DNA of 64,000 nucleotides from Candidatus Thalassarchaeaceae archaeon (GCA_045568235.1 JBJLBJ010000032.1:48241-112240), one strand, 5' to 3'; positions 21,265-31,374 are shown, numbered from the stretch's first letter. Program-made: numbers and translations. Notes: a model not told the origin generated them from the letters alone.

Positions 21265-23166
21265 CTAGGATTCAATTTCTCCAGTTTGTATTGACCACTG
21301 AGAAGCATATACACTTTCGTTTTTCAGTAATTCTCCATGCTTCCCTCTTTCTACAATTGATCCATCAACCATTGATATTATTTCATCAGCATTTCTAATA
21401 GTAGCGAGTCTATGAGCTACTGCTATGGTAATTCTATTCTTCTTACCGTTGGAACCCTCAAAAAGTGACTGTTGTATTCTCTTTTCTGTTTCAGCATCTA
21501 ATGCCGCACTTGCTTCATCTAAAATTAGAAGATCAGGGTCATTCAATAGAGCCCTTGCCAGACTAATTCTTGCCCTCTGGCCTCCCGATAACATTACTCC
21601 TCTATCGCCAACCATTGATTCTAATCCATTTGGTAACTGAGAAATAAATTCTGATGCTCCTGCCATATCTAGTGCACTGAATATCTCCTCATCTGTAGAT
21701 TCTCTCGCATAGGAAACATTTTCTTTAATGGTCCCGTAAAAAAGAAATGGGTCCTGAGATACAAAACCGATCTTAGATCTGACTGATTTCATAGAAAAAT
21801 TATTGATATCTGCGCCATTAATGAGAACTTGTCCGTGTTGTGGTTGATAGAATTTCTCTATTAACTTCAATATTGTACTCTTACCAGCCCCAGTATGCCC
21901 CATAACTCCTAAAAATTCCCCGGAAGAAATCTCCAGATTGATATTATTGAGGACATTAGACTCGGAAGATGGATAAGAAAAAGATACATCTTTGAATGAT
22001 AGACTGGTAATTGGTTCTTCAAGAGGTAATGCATCCACCTTATCATAAATTGAAGGCTCAAGATCTATGACTGCAAAAACTCGACGTGAAGCAGCTTCTC
22101 CTTTCTGTAGTTGATTCAGTAACATCCCTAGAATCCATAATGGCATAGTCATTCGAGTAGATATCAGTAAGAATGTAACAAACTGGCCAACACTTATTTG
22201 CCCGGAATTCATTAACCAACCTCCGGCTGAAACTAAGAGGCCGAATGAGATTCCAGCTACTATATGGAATCCAGGAATGAAGCGATTTCTGATAAAGGCT
22301 GCTTGTATAGCTTGATCCCTATAATTGCCGCTCTGCCTCTCAATTCTATTTCTCTCGAAATCGCTGGCATTATATGCTTGAACTACTGTTATGCCGGATA
22401 ATACATTTTCTAATATTGCTACTATTCCGCCAGTACTTTCTCTTTGTTGACGGTACTTTCTTTGTACTCTAGTGGAAAACCAGATAACCATAGGGACAAT
22501 CATGAATAATGGTCCGAAGAGAATCATACAAAGTGTAGGCGACATCCAGAAAAGAATAAAAAAGGCAGCACTAAGAGTTGTGACTATCCTAATTATACTA
22601 GTAGTGGAATCTGCAATTATATCCTCTAATTGTGCGACGTCCGCGGATAAAACAGACATCAAGTTACCAGTCTGCCTAGTTTCAAAGTATGATGCCTCCA
22701 TATCCATCAAAGATTTTGTAGCATCCATTCGGATATCATGCTGAGCCTTGTAAGCTATTGATTGCCAAAGTTGATTGCTTAATCCTTGAGTTATTGCAAG
22801 ACAGATGAATGATGAGAAAATAAGTAAGCCAAAGCCAAGCTCTGTGGAATCAATTGGCCCTAAATTTGGTATTATATCAAGTGTAACAAAACTCTCTACT
22901 CTTGAGTCGGTGAATTGAGATTTCTCAGGATTATAATAATCCGCAGCCATCCCTATGGCAATCAAGGGAACAAGATCAAATATTCTGGCACCAATATTTG
23001 CTAGTAGGCCACCTATCGCTCTTTCCCAATATCTGGTCACATAAGGTAAAATTCTCCATATCTGCCTACCAACTATTTGTCTATCTTCACCAAGGTCAGA
23101 TGCATCTTTACTTATCGACGATACTATGGTGCCCTCGGCTAAGTCTGGAGAAGTCGCTTTCGTCAT
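21265..23166 (-). CDS. ABC exporter, fused permease/ATPase (MsbA/MdlB type)
   Basis: Six-TM N-terminal half. Walker A 'GHTGAGKST', signature 'LSGGQRARISLARAL' and Walker B 'LLILDEASAALD'. Confidence 0.9.
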   Translation of the reverse strand: MTKATSPDLAEGTIVSSISKDASDLGEDRQIVGRQIWRILPYVTRYWERAIGGLLANIGARIFDLVPLIAIGMAADYYNPEKSQFTDSRVESFVTLDIIPNLGPIDSTELGFGLLIFSSFICLAITQGLSNQLWQSIAYKAQHDIRMDATKSLMDMEASYFETRQTGNLMSVLSADVAQLEDIIADSTTSIIRIVTTLSAAFFILFWMSPTLCMILFGPLFMIVPMVIWFSTRVQRKYRQQRESTGGIVAILENVLSGITVVQAYNASDFERNRIERQSGNYRDQAIQAAFIRNRFIPGFHIVAGISFGLLVSAGGWLMNSGQISVGQFVTFLLISTRMTMPLWILGMLLNQLQKGEAASRRVFAVIDLEPSIYDKVDALPLEEPITSLSFKDVSFSYPSSESNVLNNINLEISSGEFLGVMGHTGAGKSTILKLIEKFYQPQHGQVLINGADINNFSMKSVRSKIGFVSQDPFLFYGTIKENVSYARESTDEEIFSALDMAGASEFISQLPNGLESMVGDRGVMLSGGQRARISLARALLNDPDLLILDEASAALDAETEKRIQQSLFEGSNGKKNRITIAVAHRLATIRNADEIISMVDGSIVERGKHGELLKNESVYASQWSIQTGEIES

Positions 23167-23222
23167 GCTCTTTCGAGAGGACAGAAGCGTTTCAATATGT
23201 GGTAGTGAAATACTGCTAATAT

Positions 23223-23297
23223 TGGTGCGCCCGCTGGGATTTGAACCCAGGACATGAGGTTGGAAACCTCAGGTGATAACCCCTTCACCACAGGCGC
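23223..23297 (-). tRNA. tRNA-Gly (anticodon UCC), CCA encoded
   Basis: The reverse complement reads GCGCCUG-UG-GUGA-AGGGGUUA-UCAC-C-UGAGG-UUUCCAA-CCUCA-UGUC-CUGGG-UUCAAAU-CCCAG-CGGGCGC-A-CCA. All four stems pair, and the anticodon loop is UU-UCC-AA. Confidence 0.9.
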
Positions 23298-23376
23298 GAT
23301 ATCATACCGGAGACATGACCTTACAAAATCAATTCGGTCACATTTATTCAAATGCTAGAACCATCTCGCAGTACCG

Positions 23377-23589
23377 ATGATGATTAGGCAAAGATTAGGA
23401 ATTTTATTAATGGTATTTTTTCTCCCCATTAATGGGCCTCTAATTAGGATGATTTTGCGTGAATTCAATATCTCAATGCCTTTTGGAGATTTTTATTTCT
23501 TTGCCCTTTGTATACTAATTTTTGTGATAGGAGGATTCATGACTTTTACTCCAAAATTAAAATTTGAATCTATTAATAAATCTCTTTAG
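23377..23589 (+). CDS. small hypothetical membrane protein
   Basis: A 70-aa ORF with two hydrophobic segments and no homology evidence. Confidence 0.25.
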   Translation: MMIRQRLGILLMVFFLPINGPLIRMILREFNISMPFGDFYFFALCILIFVIGGFMTFTPKLKFESINKSL

Positions 23590-24457
23590 GCCATTTTGAA
23601 TGAATATTTTTCATCAGACCAATTATTTCATTATCTGAATAATCTAATTCCCACATTTTCTTACATAATTGTTGAGTTCTTTTTGGTACAGTTTTTGGGC
23701 CTAGAACTGCTCCAGGTCTATTCATATCATCCAAAAAATCAGTTTCCATGCCCCAAATTGAATTTGATTTTTTTAATGTCTCAATTATTTTCTCAATGCT
23801 TCCTTTACCTACACTAATTGTTGAACTAATTCCATTCGTAAAATCTGAGTCTATATTAGGAGGGGCAAAATGCCTAATCACTTTCTTTTTTATCATTTTT
23901 GATTTTTTACACAATTCTGATATTTCCGAATATGTTTTTTTACCATTACTTTCAACGTGTAATTGAATACTTACTCCCTCCTTCGCAGATTTTTCCATAA
24001 TCTGTAATAATAATTCATTTGACTTATTCCAAGTTTCATCACTTACTGGATAATGAGGCCTCCCAACTTCGCCAAGACAAACTGCATCTCCATCAGAAAT
24101 ATATTCTAACGCCAAACCAACCGCTTCTAGATGTAAATCAGTAGATTTTTCATATCCCATGGATTTAATTTGTCTTTCCCAAGAAACAGGGTGGGGGCCT
24201 AAAGTTACTACAACATCTATCTCAAATGTATTTCTTACCTCATTCGCCATTTCTATCGTATTTAGATAGACTATTTTATAATCCTCAATTCTTCTTGGAA
24301 GATTATTAAAATCAGGTTTATGAACCAGGTTGATTGCCGTACCGCCGACTTTTACAAATTCATTAATCGCATCTAGATAACGGTTTTTTCTGTCTAAATG
24401 CATGTGTTGGTCCATTATTTCTCCATTCCACAAACCATCTTCTAACATCTTTCTCAA
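23573..24457 (-). CDS. TatD-family metal-dependent hydrolase
   Basis: 'DQHMHLD' at the N-terminus (the H-x-H metal ligands of the amidohydrolase/TatD fold) and a later 'IQLHVES' strand. Confidence 0.55.
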   Translation of the reverse strand: MRKMLEDGLWNGEIMDQHMHLDRKNRYLDAINEFVKVGGTAINLVHKPDFNNLPRRIEDYKIVYLNTIEMANEVRNTFEIDVVVTLGPHPVSWERQIKSMGYEKSTDLHLEAVGLALEYISDGDAVCLGEVGRPHYPVSDETWNKSNELLLQIMEKSAKEGVSIQLHVESNGKKTYSEISELCKKSKMIKKKVIRHFAPPNIDSDFTNGISSTISVGKGSIEKIIETLKKSNSIWGMETDFLDDMNRPGAVLGPKTVPKRTQQLCKKMWELDYSDNEIIGLMKNIHSKWPKEIY

Positions 24458-24981
24458 GCCAATGTTCCTTCTCTATCAAGTAAATCTTTCCAATAACTTA
24501 TCGCCAACTCAACAACTCTCTTTGATTTCTGCCCTAGGACAATTCCTTTACCATTATTGAATAATATTATCCGGCATTCATGTCTCTTAGCATCTATTCT
24601 TAACGCATTAATATTATTATCTAGGCCAACATCGTTAAATCTATCATTCGCTAATTCAAGTAAAACTGCCCTGCCCAGTGAAAATTCTACTAGTAACTCT
24701 CCAGATTCGGATTTTAGTCCTTCATCAGACATACCAATACTGAGGAGAAATCTCTGTGTTATCAATTTGGCAACCTCATATCTCGAAATATTGTGAACAG
24801 TTATTGATCCATGCTTATCGATAATCAAAGTCGATTTTGGATTTTCATTAACAATTAATGAGTATTCTCCATCCTTAATTCCTCCTGCCAAATTTACTAC
24901 ATCTTCATGCTTGACAGGTTCAGAAGGCGTAAATCTGAAGGTTTGTGTTTGTATCTTTAAAAAGTTAGATTCCTCTTCCAT
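24454..24981 (-). CDS. hypothetical protein, possibly a divergent TBP-like two-repeat fold
   Basis: 175 aa. Two internally similar halves each end in a 'hydrophobic strand - G - x - hydrophobic strand - helix' pattern ('LIIDKHGSITVHNISRYEVAKL' and 'IILFNNGKGIVLGQKSKRVVEL'). This recalls the TBP 'LIFxSGKxVxTGAKS'. Confidence 0.3.
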   Translation of the reverse strand: MEEESNFLKIQTQTFRFTPSEPVKHEDVVNLAGGIKDGEYSLIVNENPKSTLIIDKHGSITVHNISRYEVAKLITQRFLLSIGMSDEGLKSESGELLVEFSLGRAVLLELANDRFNDVGLDNNINALRIDAKRHECRIILFNNGKGIVLGQKSKRVVELAISYWKDLLDREGTLA

Positions 24982-24985
24982 ATTC

Positions 24986-25945
24986 TCATCCTCTCTCTAT
25001 TTTTTCTACTTTATCACTTCTATTCAATGAATCATATAATTGTTCAAGGTATGCTTGGTGGACGGGTACTAATAGTGTAACGTCGGAAACATTACTTTCA
25101 TCAAGTCTTCTACTTCTTAAATCAAACAGTGCACCCTTTATTCTTGCTGCAAATCTTTCATCACGTTCTTTAATTAAGTCTTCAGTAAGGACTCTCTGTT
25201 CTTCAATCCACCATGATGCACAAGCAGCTGCAGCAGCACCTAATTCAGAATTCACTTTTTCCGAAATTTCTATATTCTTTGACGCCTTTAAACGATTTTT
25301 TGTGTATCTTCTGGATTTATTTATCGTCTTCAAGAGATTAATCAATTTTACTTGATTGTCTGCATATTTAGAATACCATTCTTCCCAATTATTATCAGTT
25401 ATTTCAGGTATTATTGTATACACGGGCCTACCTCCTGTATTTTCAGCATGCTTCAGTAATCTAATCGGTTCTGGATCTGGAATACTTGGGCCATTGACAT
25501 CTAAACTTTGGATATCTCTCAATAGTAAACTCATAGTTCCTCCTGAGGATAACACAGCTTCCACATTAATTCCGGGACTTTTAATCTCATCTTTATCTTC
25601 TTCTTTTAATATTGCTACATCATCTTTGGAATATAATAGTGCTAAACCATCCCATTCCTTATGCCTTAGAGAATTAGGCATAACAACACACGGAAGGTGA
25701 GGCCAAATTACTATCTTTCCTCCCTCTGGATCTTCATAAATGAGAGATTCCCACTTTAGACGAGGCACTTCCATGACTCTGCGAAGGGCCATCATGATAC
25801 AACTATGCCTATCAAAACATCCATAATTGATATATTTAGATGTAGCATTCAAGCATGATGACTTATCATAGAGGTTTGATAGAACATGGAGATGCCCCAC
25901 TCTCTCGAACCCGTCGTACTCTTGAATGAAGTTTTTCCAGGACAT
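24986..25945 (-). CDS. hypothetical protein (weak TraB/GumN-like features)
   Basis: 'RVGHLHVLS' near the N-terminus and 'ERDERFAARIKGAL' near the C-terminus faintly recall TraB-family motifs. Confidence 0.25.
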   Translation of the reverse strand: MSWKNFIQEYDGFERVGHLHVLSNLYDKSSCLNATSKYINYGCFDRHSCIMMALRRVMEVPRLKWESLIYEDPEGGKIVIWPHLPCVVMPNSLRHKEWDGLALLYSKDDVAILKEEDKDEIKSPGINVEAVLSSGGTMSLLLRDIQSLDVNGPSIPDPEPIRLLKHAENTGGRPVYTIIPEITDNNWEEWYSKYADNQVKLINLLKTINKSRRYTKNRLKASKNIEISEKVNSELGAAAAACASWWIEEQRVLTEDLIKERDERFAARIKGALFDLRSRRLDESNVSDVTLLVPVHQAYLEQLYDSLNRSDKVEKIERG

Positions 25946-26335
25946 ACTAATGCACTAAATACATTATTTGGAGGCCACTTAATGAGTATCATGGATACTA
26001 GTGCTGGAATGGTCGCTTCGAAATTTGCACACCGTGAATTTGTAACTATTTCCGTAGATGCACTCAAATTCCGAAAACCAGCCTTTCAAGGTGATATTAT
26101 TAGGACTACAGCCAGGGTTGTTTGGACTTCACCACGTACTGCAGGAATACATGTCACTTCTTGCCGAATGTCTAGATCAGAATGGAAAGGGGATGAAATT
26201 TGTTCTGGATTCTTTTTCATGGTTGCTATTGATGAATCTATGAATCCAATAAAAATACCTCAATTTAAACCAAAAACGGCCGAAGAGAAAGAATTGTGGA
26301 ATCAAGCACAATCGGCTAGAGATGCTATGAAATAG
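25886..26335 (+). CDS. acyl-CoA thioesterase (hotdog fold, YciA/BFIT type)
   Basis: 'VFPGHTNALNTLFGGHLMSIMDTSAGMVA...VTISVDALKFRKPAFQGDII' matches the acyl-CoA hydrolase hotdog pattern. Confidence 0.75.
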   Translation: MEMPHSLEPVVLLNEVFPGHTNALNTLFGGHLMSIMDTSAGMVASKFAHREFVTISVDALKFRKPAFQGDIIRTTARVVWTSPRTAGIHVTSCRMSRSEWKGDEICSGFFFMVAIDESMNPIKIPQFKPKTAEEKELWNQAQSARDAMK

Positions 26336-26383
26336 GACTATAATGACCATTCATTTCAACAACTGAATCATTGTCGGGTTCTT

Positions 26384-27367
26384 ATGCCTGTTCTCAATAT
26401 CGCATTTATGGGTTCTGAAAATTTTGCAAAAAATTTAGCAAAAAAAAGTGACTCAAGAGATATAGAATCATATGTTTTTAAAGAAGGTTCAGGTAAAAAT
26501 TCACGAATTTTATCTTTTTTGAGGCCATTGAAATATCCTGATAGTTTAAGGCCATTACTATCGGTATTGAACGTAACTAAAGTTGGAGTAATAGAAATAT
26601 CAGCATTGGATTCTTCACTTGGAGAAATTTTAGTCTCGTTTGCTTGTGCTGGAATAAAAAAAGGAATTGCGGTAATCAATCCAGAAGAAGGAAATTGGAT
26701 AGATATAGAACAAATAAATATGATTTTTTCCCAATTGAAACTTGACTGGAAGATATATCAGTCTATGCCAGAAAATCATGAAATTAGAGAATTACTATTT
26801 GAAATGATGAATAAAAGTAATATAAGTGAAAAATCACTTATATTACCTATAGATCAACATTTTGTTGTTCAAGGAATCGGATTAGTAGGAATTGGTTATG
26901 TTCAATCTGGCCAAATTAAAAAACATGACACTATAGAAGTTATTTCGTCAGGAGAAAAGGGAATTGTCAGAAGTTTACAGGTAATGGATGATGATGTTGA
27001 AGCAGCATATTCTGGAGATAGAGTCGGAGTAGCAATTAGAAACCTACGTGAAGAAGCATTACACAAAGGGTGCATCATAGTTCATCCCAGTTCTGAAGTA
27101 ATGGTTAAGCATAACCATTCATCCTTCGTTTTGAATAAAGCACCTTTCCAAAAAAAACTAATTAAAAAAGATGATATCATTCATGCATCAACAGATATGC
27201 AATTTGTTGTTGGCCGGATTAGAAATATTTCTGAAAATAATGTTGAAATTAAATGGGAAAATCCACTTTGGGTACGTTCCGAACAAGATAATAAAATTAT
27301 TCTGACACAATTGGATGCGAAACCTATGAGGATTATTGGGACTACAAAAAATATTGTACCCGAATAA
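26384..27367 (+). CDS. EF-Tu/SelB-like protein lacking canonical GTPase motifs
   Basis: The segment 'GIGLVGIGYVQSGQIKKHDTIEVISSGEKGIVRSLQVMDDDVEAAYSGDRVGVAIRNL' fits the translation-factor domain II beta-barrel. The N-terminal 150 aa have no GxxxxGK[ST] and no NKxD. Confidence 0.5.
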   Translation: MPVLNIAFMGSENFAKNLAKKSDSRDIESYVFKEGSGKNSRILSFLRPLKYPDSLRPLLSVLNVTKVGVIEISALDSSLGEILVSFACAGIKKGIAVINPEEGNWIDIEQINMIFSQLKLDWKIYQSMPENHEIRELLFEMMNKSNISEKSLILPIDQHFVVQGIGLVGIGYVQSGQIKKHDTIEVISSGEKGIVRSLQVMDDDVEAAYSGDRVGVAIRNLREEALHKGCIIVHPSSEVMVKHNHSSFVLNKAPFQKKLIKKDDIIHASTDMQFVVGRIRNISENNVEIKWENPLWVRSEQDNKIILTQLDAKPMRIIGTTKNIVPE

Positions 27368-27385
27368 TATTTTTTATACATAAAT

Positions 27386-29056
27386 ATGAATCATCATGCG
27401 TATAGTTACATTCATTTTATACCATATGAACTAGTCTGCCACAACTGGATGTATTCAGCTGGGCTTAATAGCCCAACTGGAGAGGGGGAAACCGAACTAC
27501 TCGGTAATCTTTCTCTTGTTGGGGTGAAGGGAGTGTTTTGTGCAATCCTTTCTGACCGTGAATTGACTCTTGAGAGAAGTGATGGCAAAGGTTTACGACT
27601 TTCATTAGCAGCAGTTAATAGAACTAGGCATCTAACAATTCCACTTTTGCCCAATGGCTTAGTTCCATTAGGTCTGATTTCTATAGTACTCGGCTTAACA
27701 ACTATATCCTTTCCATATGGATTAATTCCAATATCATTAGGCTTCCTTGCCATCTCTTTGAATATTTTTTCACGATACCCGATTATTTCTATAGATACTA
27801 ATTCAGGCGATAGACATTTGGTTGCCGGAAGCGAAAGCTCATTACTTAGGTTAGCAACCATGATTTCTAGACTAATACATGGCAGTAGTATGGATGAAGC
27901 CAGAATAGGACTAGAAAATTTGGAAAAAGAAATGCCAATATTTCCCGCATTTGCTCATGCCGGAGGAGTCTTTACCCAACATAGCAGTAAGTTACTAATG
28001 AATAATAAAACAACAGAATTATCTCCAGATTTAAGAAAAAATACAATTCAAACATCATTATCTTTCGATTACATGGATGATAATTTAGAAGCAGAAAAAG
28101 TAAAAATCCAGAATGCTTCTATGGACTTTTCTCAATTAGACGGAAAAAATGCACCAAAATCTGCCTATGAAAGTGCATGGAATACTCCTCCTCCACCATG
28201 GTACAAAGAAAAGCAAAGAATATCTGAAAATAAAGAAAATTTAACATTAAGTATTGATAAAAATGAAAATAGGATGGATTCTGTATTATCTGATGCGGCT
28301 GGACAATTAGAAATGTTTGGAGAAGGGCTAGATATGTTTGGAGAAGGCGGCTTATTTGATCAAAATATAGACTCCTATGATGATGATATGTTTCCCATTA
28401 CGGATGTTGAAGAGATACAGAAAATTGAAAATATTCCGGTTCAAATATCAAGTTCCCAAATGATGAAAAAGGCATATGAAACCTATGGCTCTCCAGATTC
28501 TGAATATCAAAGATCATATGAATTACCTCGCCCGAATGAAGAGGCAGTAAGGGAAGAGTGTAAATCAGGAATTGTACAAGAAGCAAGAGCTAAACAAGAA
28601 ATCAAAGGAAGGAACAGGGAATTACAATATTCCTATGAATCAACAAATTTAGATAGTTATCCTTCATTAAAAAAATATGCAAACAAAGGTAATAATCATT
28701 TTTTTACCATTAAAAATAATTCAAATAGTATTTCTTCATCATTACTGAATAGATTATTTCGCCCATCGGCCTTTTCTGTGAAAAAACCACAATCACAACG
28801 CCCGTCTGATAATAGATTCCAAACTTCTCAACATCTCAGATTAAGAAGTGATCAAGAACATCAGTCAAGTACTATTTATCGCTCTAGAAGGATAAATAAA
28901 AATATTGAAAATTACGATGCAATGGAAAAAATCGACTCAATAGTTTCAAGAGTTTCTAATGATGACCAATCTCAAAGACGTTTGACTTTTAAAAATATGA
29001 GAAAGACAACTAATTCTGAAAATAATAAACTACTAGGCATAAGGAAATTAGGCTAA
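27386..29056 (+). CDS. hypothetical membrane protein with long low-complexity C-terminal region
   Basis: Two or three TM helices at about residues 85-130. These are followed by about 380 aa of polar, repetitive sequence ('EMFGEGLDMFGEGGLF'). Confidence 0.35.
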   Translation: MNHHAYSYIHFIPYELVCHNWMYSAGLNSPTGEGETELLGNLSLVGVKGVFCAILSDRELTLERSDGKGLRLSLAAVNRTRHLTIPLLPNGLVPLGLISIVLGLTTISFPYGLIPISLGFLAISLNIFSRYPIISIDTNSGDRHLVAGSESSLLRLATMISRLIHGSSMDEARIGLENLEKEMPIFPAFAHAGGVFTQHSSKLLMNNKTTELSPDLRKNTIQTSLSFDYMDDNLEAEKVKIQNASMDFSQLDGKNAPKSAYESAWNTPPPPWYKEKQRISENKENLTLSIDKNENRMDSVLSDAAGQLEMFGEGLDMFGEGGLFDQNIDSYDDDMFPITDVEEIQKIENIPVQISSSQMMKKAYETYGSPDSEYQRSYELPRPNEEAVREECKSGIVQEARAKQEIKGRNRELQYSYESTNLDSYPSLKKYANKGNNHFFTIKNNSNSISSSLLNRLFRPSAFSVKKPQSQRPSDNRFQTSQHLRLRSDQEHQSSTIYRSRRINKNIENYDAMEKIDSIVSRVSNDDQSQRRLTFKNMRKTTNSENNKLLGIRKLG

Positions 29057-30013
29057 TCCAACAATTCTTCTATATTTATCAACTCTAGCATGATATTTGC
29101 CCTTTTGTAAATCAATCAGATTAATAGAGCCCAATCCACCTATTATGAATGAAGAGGTAACTGTAGCATGAACTAATGAATTACGCATAATTTCAATATC
29201 TCCTATAGCACCATTACATCCAACAATGTTAGCTAACATTGCTCCTGCAAAAGCATCTCCGCAGCCCGTAGGATCAATGACATTTTTTGTAGGATAAGAA
29301 GGTAGCGAGATAATCCCACAAGGCAAATATGCCAACACCCCTCCACTTCCTCTTTTGATTATTAAACTCCTAGGTCCTTTTCCTGCAGATTTTCCTCCAA
29401 ACAAAGATTCTCCTGAGATTATCTTTTCAGCAGCAATTGTTACAATTTCTTCTCCCGAAATAGCACAAACCTCTTCTTCATTCAATATAGCTATGTCTAC
29501 TTGCCTGAGTGCTTCAGATAATAACTTAAATTCTGTTTTTATCCATAACATAAACGTATCTAATACCGATATATTTGGACTACATTCTCTCAGAATCTTT
29601 ATTTGAGATGAAGGATGCATATTTGCACAGAATAAAATATCAACATCTTTCCAAACACTAGGAATCTTGGGATCAAAATTTCCTAAAACATTAATTTCTG
29701 TAGATATAGTCTGAGCATCATCCATTGTGCCCTCATATCTCCCTGACCATCTGAAGGTTTTTCCAGGAATCTTTGAAATTGCTTCTGTATTTATGCCCTT
29801 ATCTTTTAATAATAGTAAATCTTCTTCTCTAAAATCATCTCCTATTGGGCCTATTGATCCTACTCTAGGCAATGCTCCAGGTTTCAAAGGAAGATGAAAT
29901 GCTGCAGAAATAGATGCATGAACTGCCGAACCTCCCAATACGTCATACCCGTGAATCTTCGGTGTTTGAATATGGTCGTAGCCAATACTTCCAACTATTA
30001 CTAAGTCCATCAA
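29048..30013 (-). CDS. PfkB-family sugar/nucleoside kinase
   Basis: C-terminal signature 'DPTGCGDAFAGAML' and an N-terminal Gly-rich 'GGSAVH'. Confidence 0.8.
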   Translation of the reverse strand: MMDLVIVGSIGYDHIQTPKIHGYDVLGGSAVHASISAAFHLPLKPGALPRVGSIGPIGDDFREEDLLLLKDKGINTEAISKIPGKTFRWSGRYEGTMDDAQTISTEINVLGNFDPKIPSVWKDVDILFCANMHPSSQIKILRECSPNISVLDTFMLWIKTEFKLLSEALRQVDIAILNEEEVCAISGEEIVTIAAEKIISGESLFGGKSAGKGPRSLIIKRGSGGVLAYLPCGIISLPSYPTKNVIDPTGCGDAFAGAMLANIVGCNGAIGDIEIMRNSLVHATVTSSFIIGGLGSINLIDLQKGKYHARVDKYRRIVGLA

Positions 30014-31374
30014 ACCCCTCTCATTTTCAGTTTTGGATGTTCTTCAAGATATTTAATCGTTATTTCCTTATTTCTGAAATCTTCCTCATTTAAGATTTTT
30101 TTATGAAGTGGAATTAGAGTATCTAATCCGGTTAATATTACTTCATCCAAAGTCGCAATCATCTTTTTTATAGCTTCCTTCCTAGTTGGAGCCCATATGA
30201 TTATTTTGGCAAGAAGAGAGTCAAATGATGCTGGAACATCGTATCCGGTATGTATATGAGAATCAATCCTAACTCCCTGTCCACCAGGCCAAATACATTC
30301 CCACACCCTTCCTGGTGACGGTTCTAGTGTCCATGGATTTTCAGCATTAATTCTTACTTCAATAGCATGACCTCTAATTTTTACTTCTTCCTGTGTGATT
30401 GGCAATTCTTCACCTGCAGCAATTCTTATTCCTAATGCCACGAGATCTACTCCTGCTATCATTTCAGTAACTGTATGTTCAACCTGTACTCTTGGATTAA
30501 CTTCCAAGAAATAAAAATTACCTTCTCTATCTCTTAAGAATTCAAAAGTCGCCAATCCTTCATAACCTACTAATTTAGCACCCTTGACTACTATTTCTCC
30601 GATTTCTTTCCTTACATCATCACTAAGCCACGGGCCTTCTTCCATTATTTTCTGATGTCTTCTCTGAATTGAACAAAATCTTTCCCCAAAATGTATCGCA
30701 TTTTTACCATCACTCAATACTTGAAATTCAATATGTTGAGCCCCGTCGATAAATTTCTCTATGAAAACTCTCCCATCTCCAAATGCAGACAATGCCCTAC
30801 CTTGACAGAGATTTAGTGCACTTTCAAAATCGTCATCATTATTCACCACCTGCATTCCTATGCCTCCTCCTCCGGCAGCAGCCTTTATGATTAATGGAAA
30901 ACCTATTTCTTCAGCCATTTTCTTTGCTTCAACAACATTTGTAATTGGATCTTCAGAACCTCTGGCTATGGGCAATCCTGCCTTTGCCATTATTTCACGA
31001 GCTGAAATTTTGTCTCCTAATATCTTTAATACTTCTGAATTAGGACCAATGAATTTTATTCCCTCCTCCTCCAACCTTCTTGCAAAAGTTGGATTTTCAG
31101 CCAAAAAACCATATCCTGGATGTACGGCGTCGACACCTATATCTGCTGCGGCTTTTACTATGGCTTCAATATCTAAATAAGATGCTAATGGATCATTACG
31201 AGGAATATATATTCCCTCATCAGCTAATCTAACTGGTAAAGATAAACGATCTTCTTTACCATATATTATTGCCACTTCAATATCAAGATAACGCAGAGAT
31301 CTCATTATTCTTAGAGCAATTTCACCCCTATTGGCGATTAGAACACGGCGAAACATGATGTTACCTGTATACAT
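30010..31374 (-). CDS. accC: biotin carboxylase (ATP-grasp)
   Basis: 'RVLIANRGEIALRIMRS', 'HPGYGFLAENPTFA' and 'EVNPRVQVEHTVTE'. Confidence 0.9.
   Translation of the reverse strand: MYTGNIMFRRVLIANRGEIALRIMRSLRYLDIEVAIIYGKEDRLSLPVRLADEGIYIPRNDPLASYLDIEAIVKAAADIGVDAVHPGYGFLAENPTFARRLEEEGIKFIGPNSEVLKILGDKISAREIMAKAGLPIARGSEDPITNVVEAKKMAEEIGFPLIIKAAAGGGGIGMQVVNNDDDFESALNLCQGRALSAFGDGRVFIEKFIDGAQHIEFQVLSDGKNAIHFGERFCSIQRRHQKIMEEGPWLSDDVRKEIGEIVVKGAKLVGYEGLATFEFLRDREGNFYFLEVNPRVQVEHTVTEMIAGVDLVALGIRIAAGEELPITQEEVKIRGHAIEVRINAENPWTLEPSPGRVWECIWPGGQGVRIDSHIHTGYDVPASFDSLLAKIIIWAPTRKEAIKKMIATLDEVILTGLDTLIPLHKKILNEEDFRNKEITIKYLEEHPKLKMRGV

Noticed and set aside
23163-23351. 62-aa minus-strand ORF
   Set aside because: It overlaps tRNA-Gly(UCC) at 23223-23297, and the GC-rich tRNA sequence keeps the frame open by chance.
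23223-23600. Integrated element at tRNA-Gly
   Set aside because: There is no integrase, no direct repeat of the tRNA 3' end and no phage-like genes nearby. The neighbours are an ABC exporter and a small membrane ORF.
25886-25945. 60-bp overlap of the 5' ends of divergent genes (the thioesterase and the 319-aa ORF)
   Set aside because: This is most likely an artefact of longest-ORF start calling. One or both genes probably start at a downstream codon, so I do not treat it as a regulatory feature.
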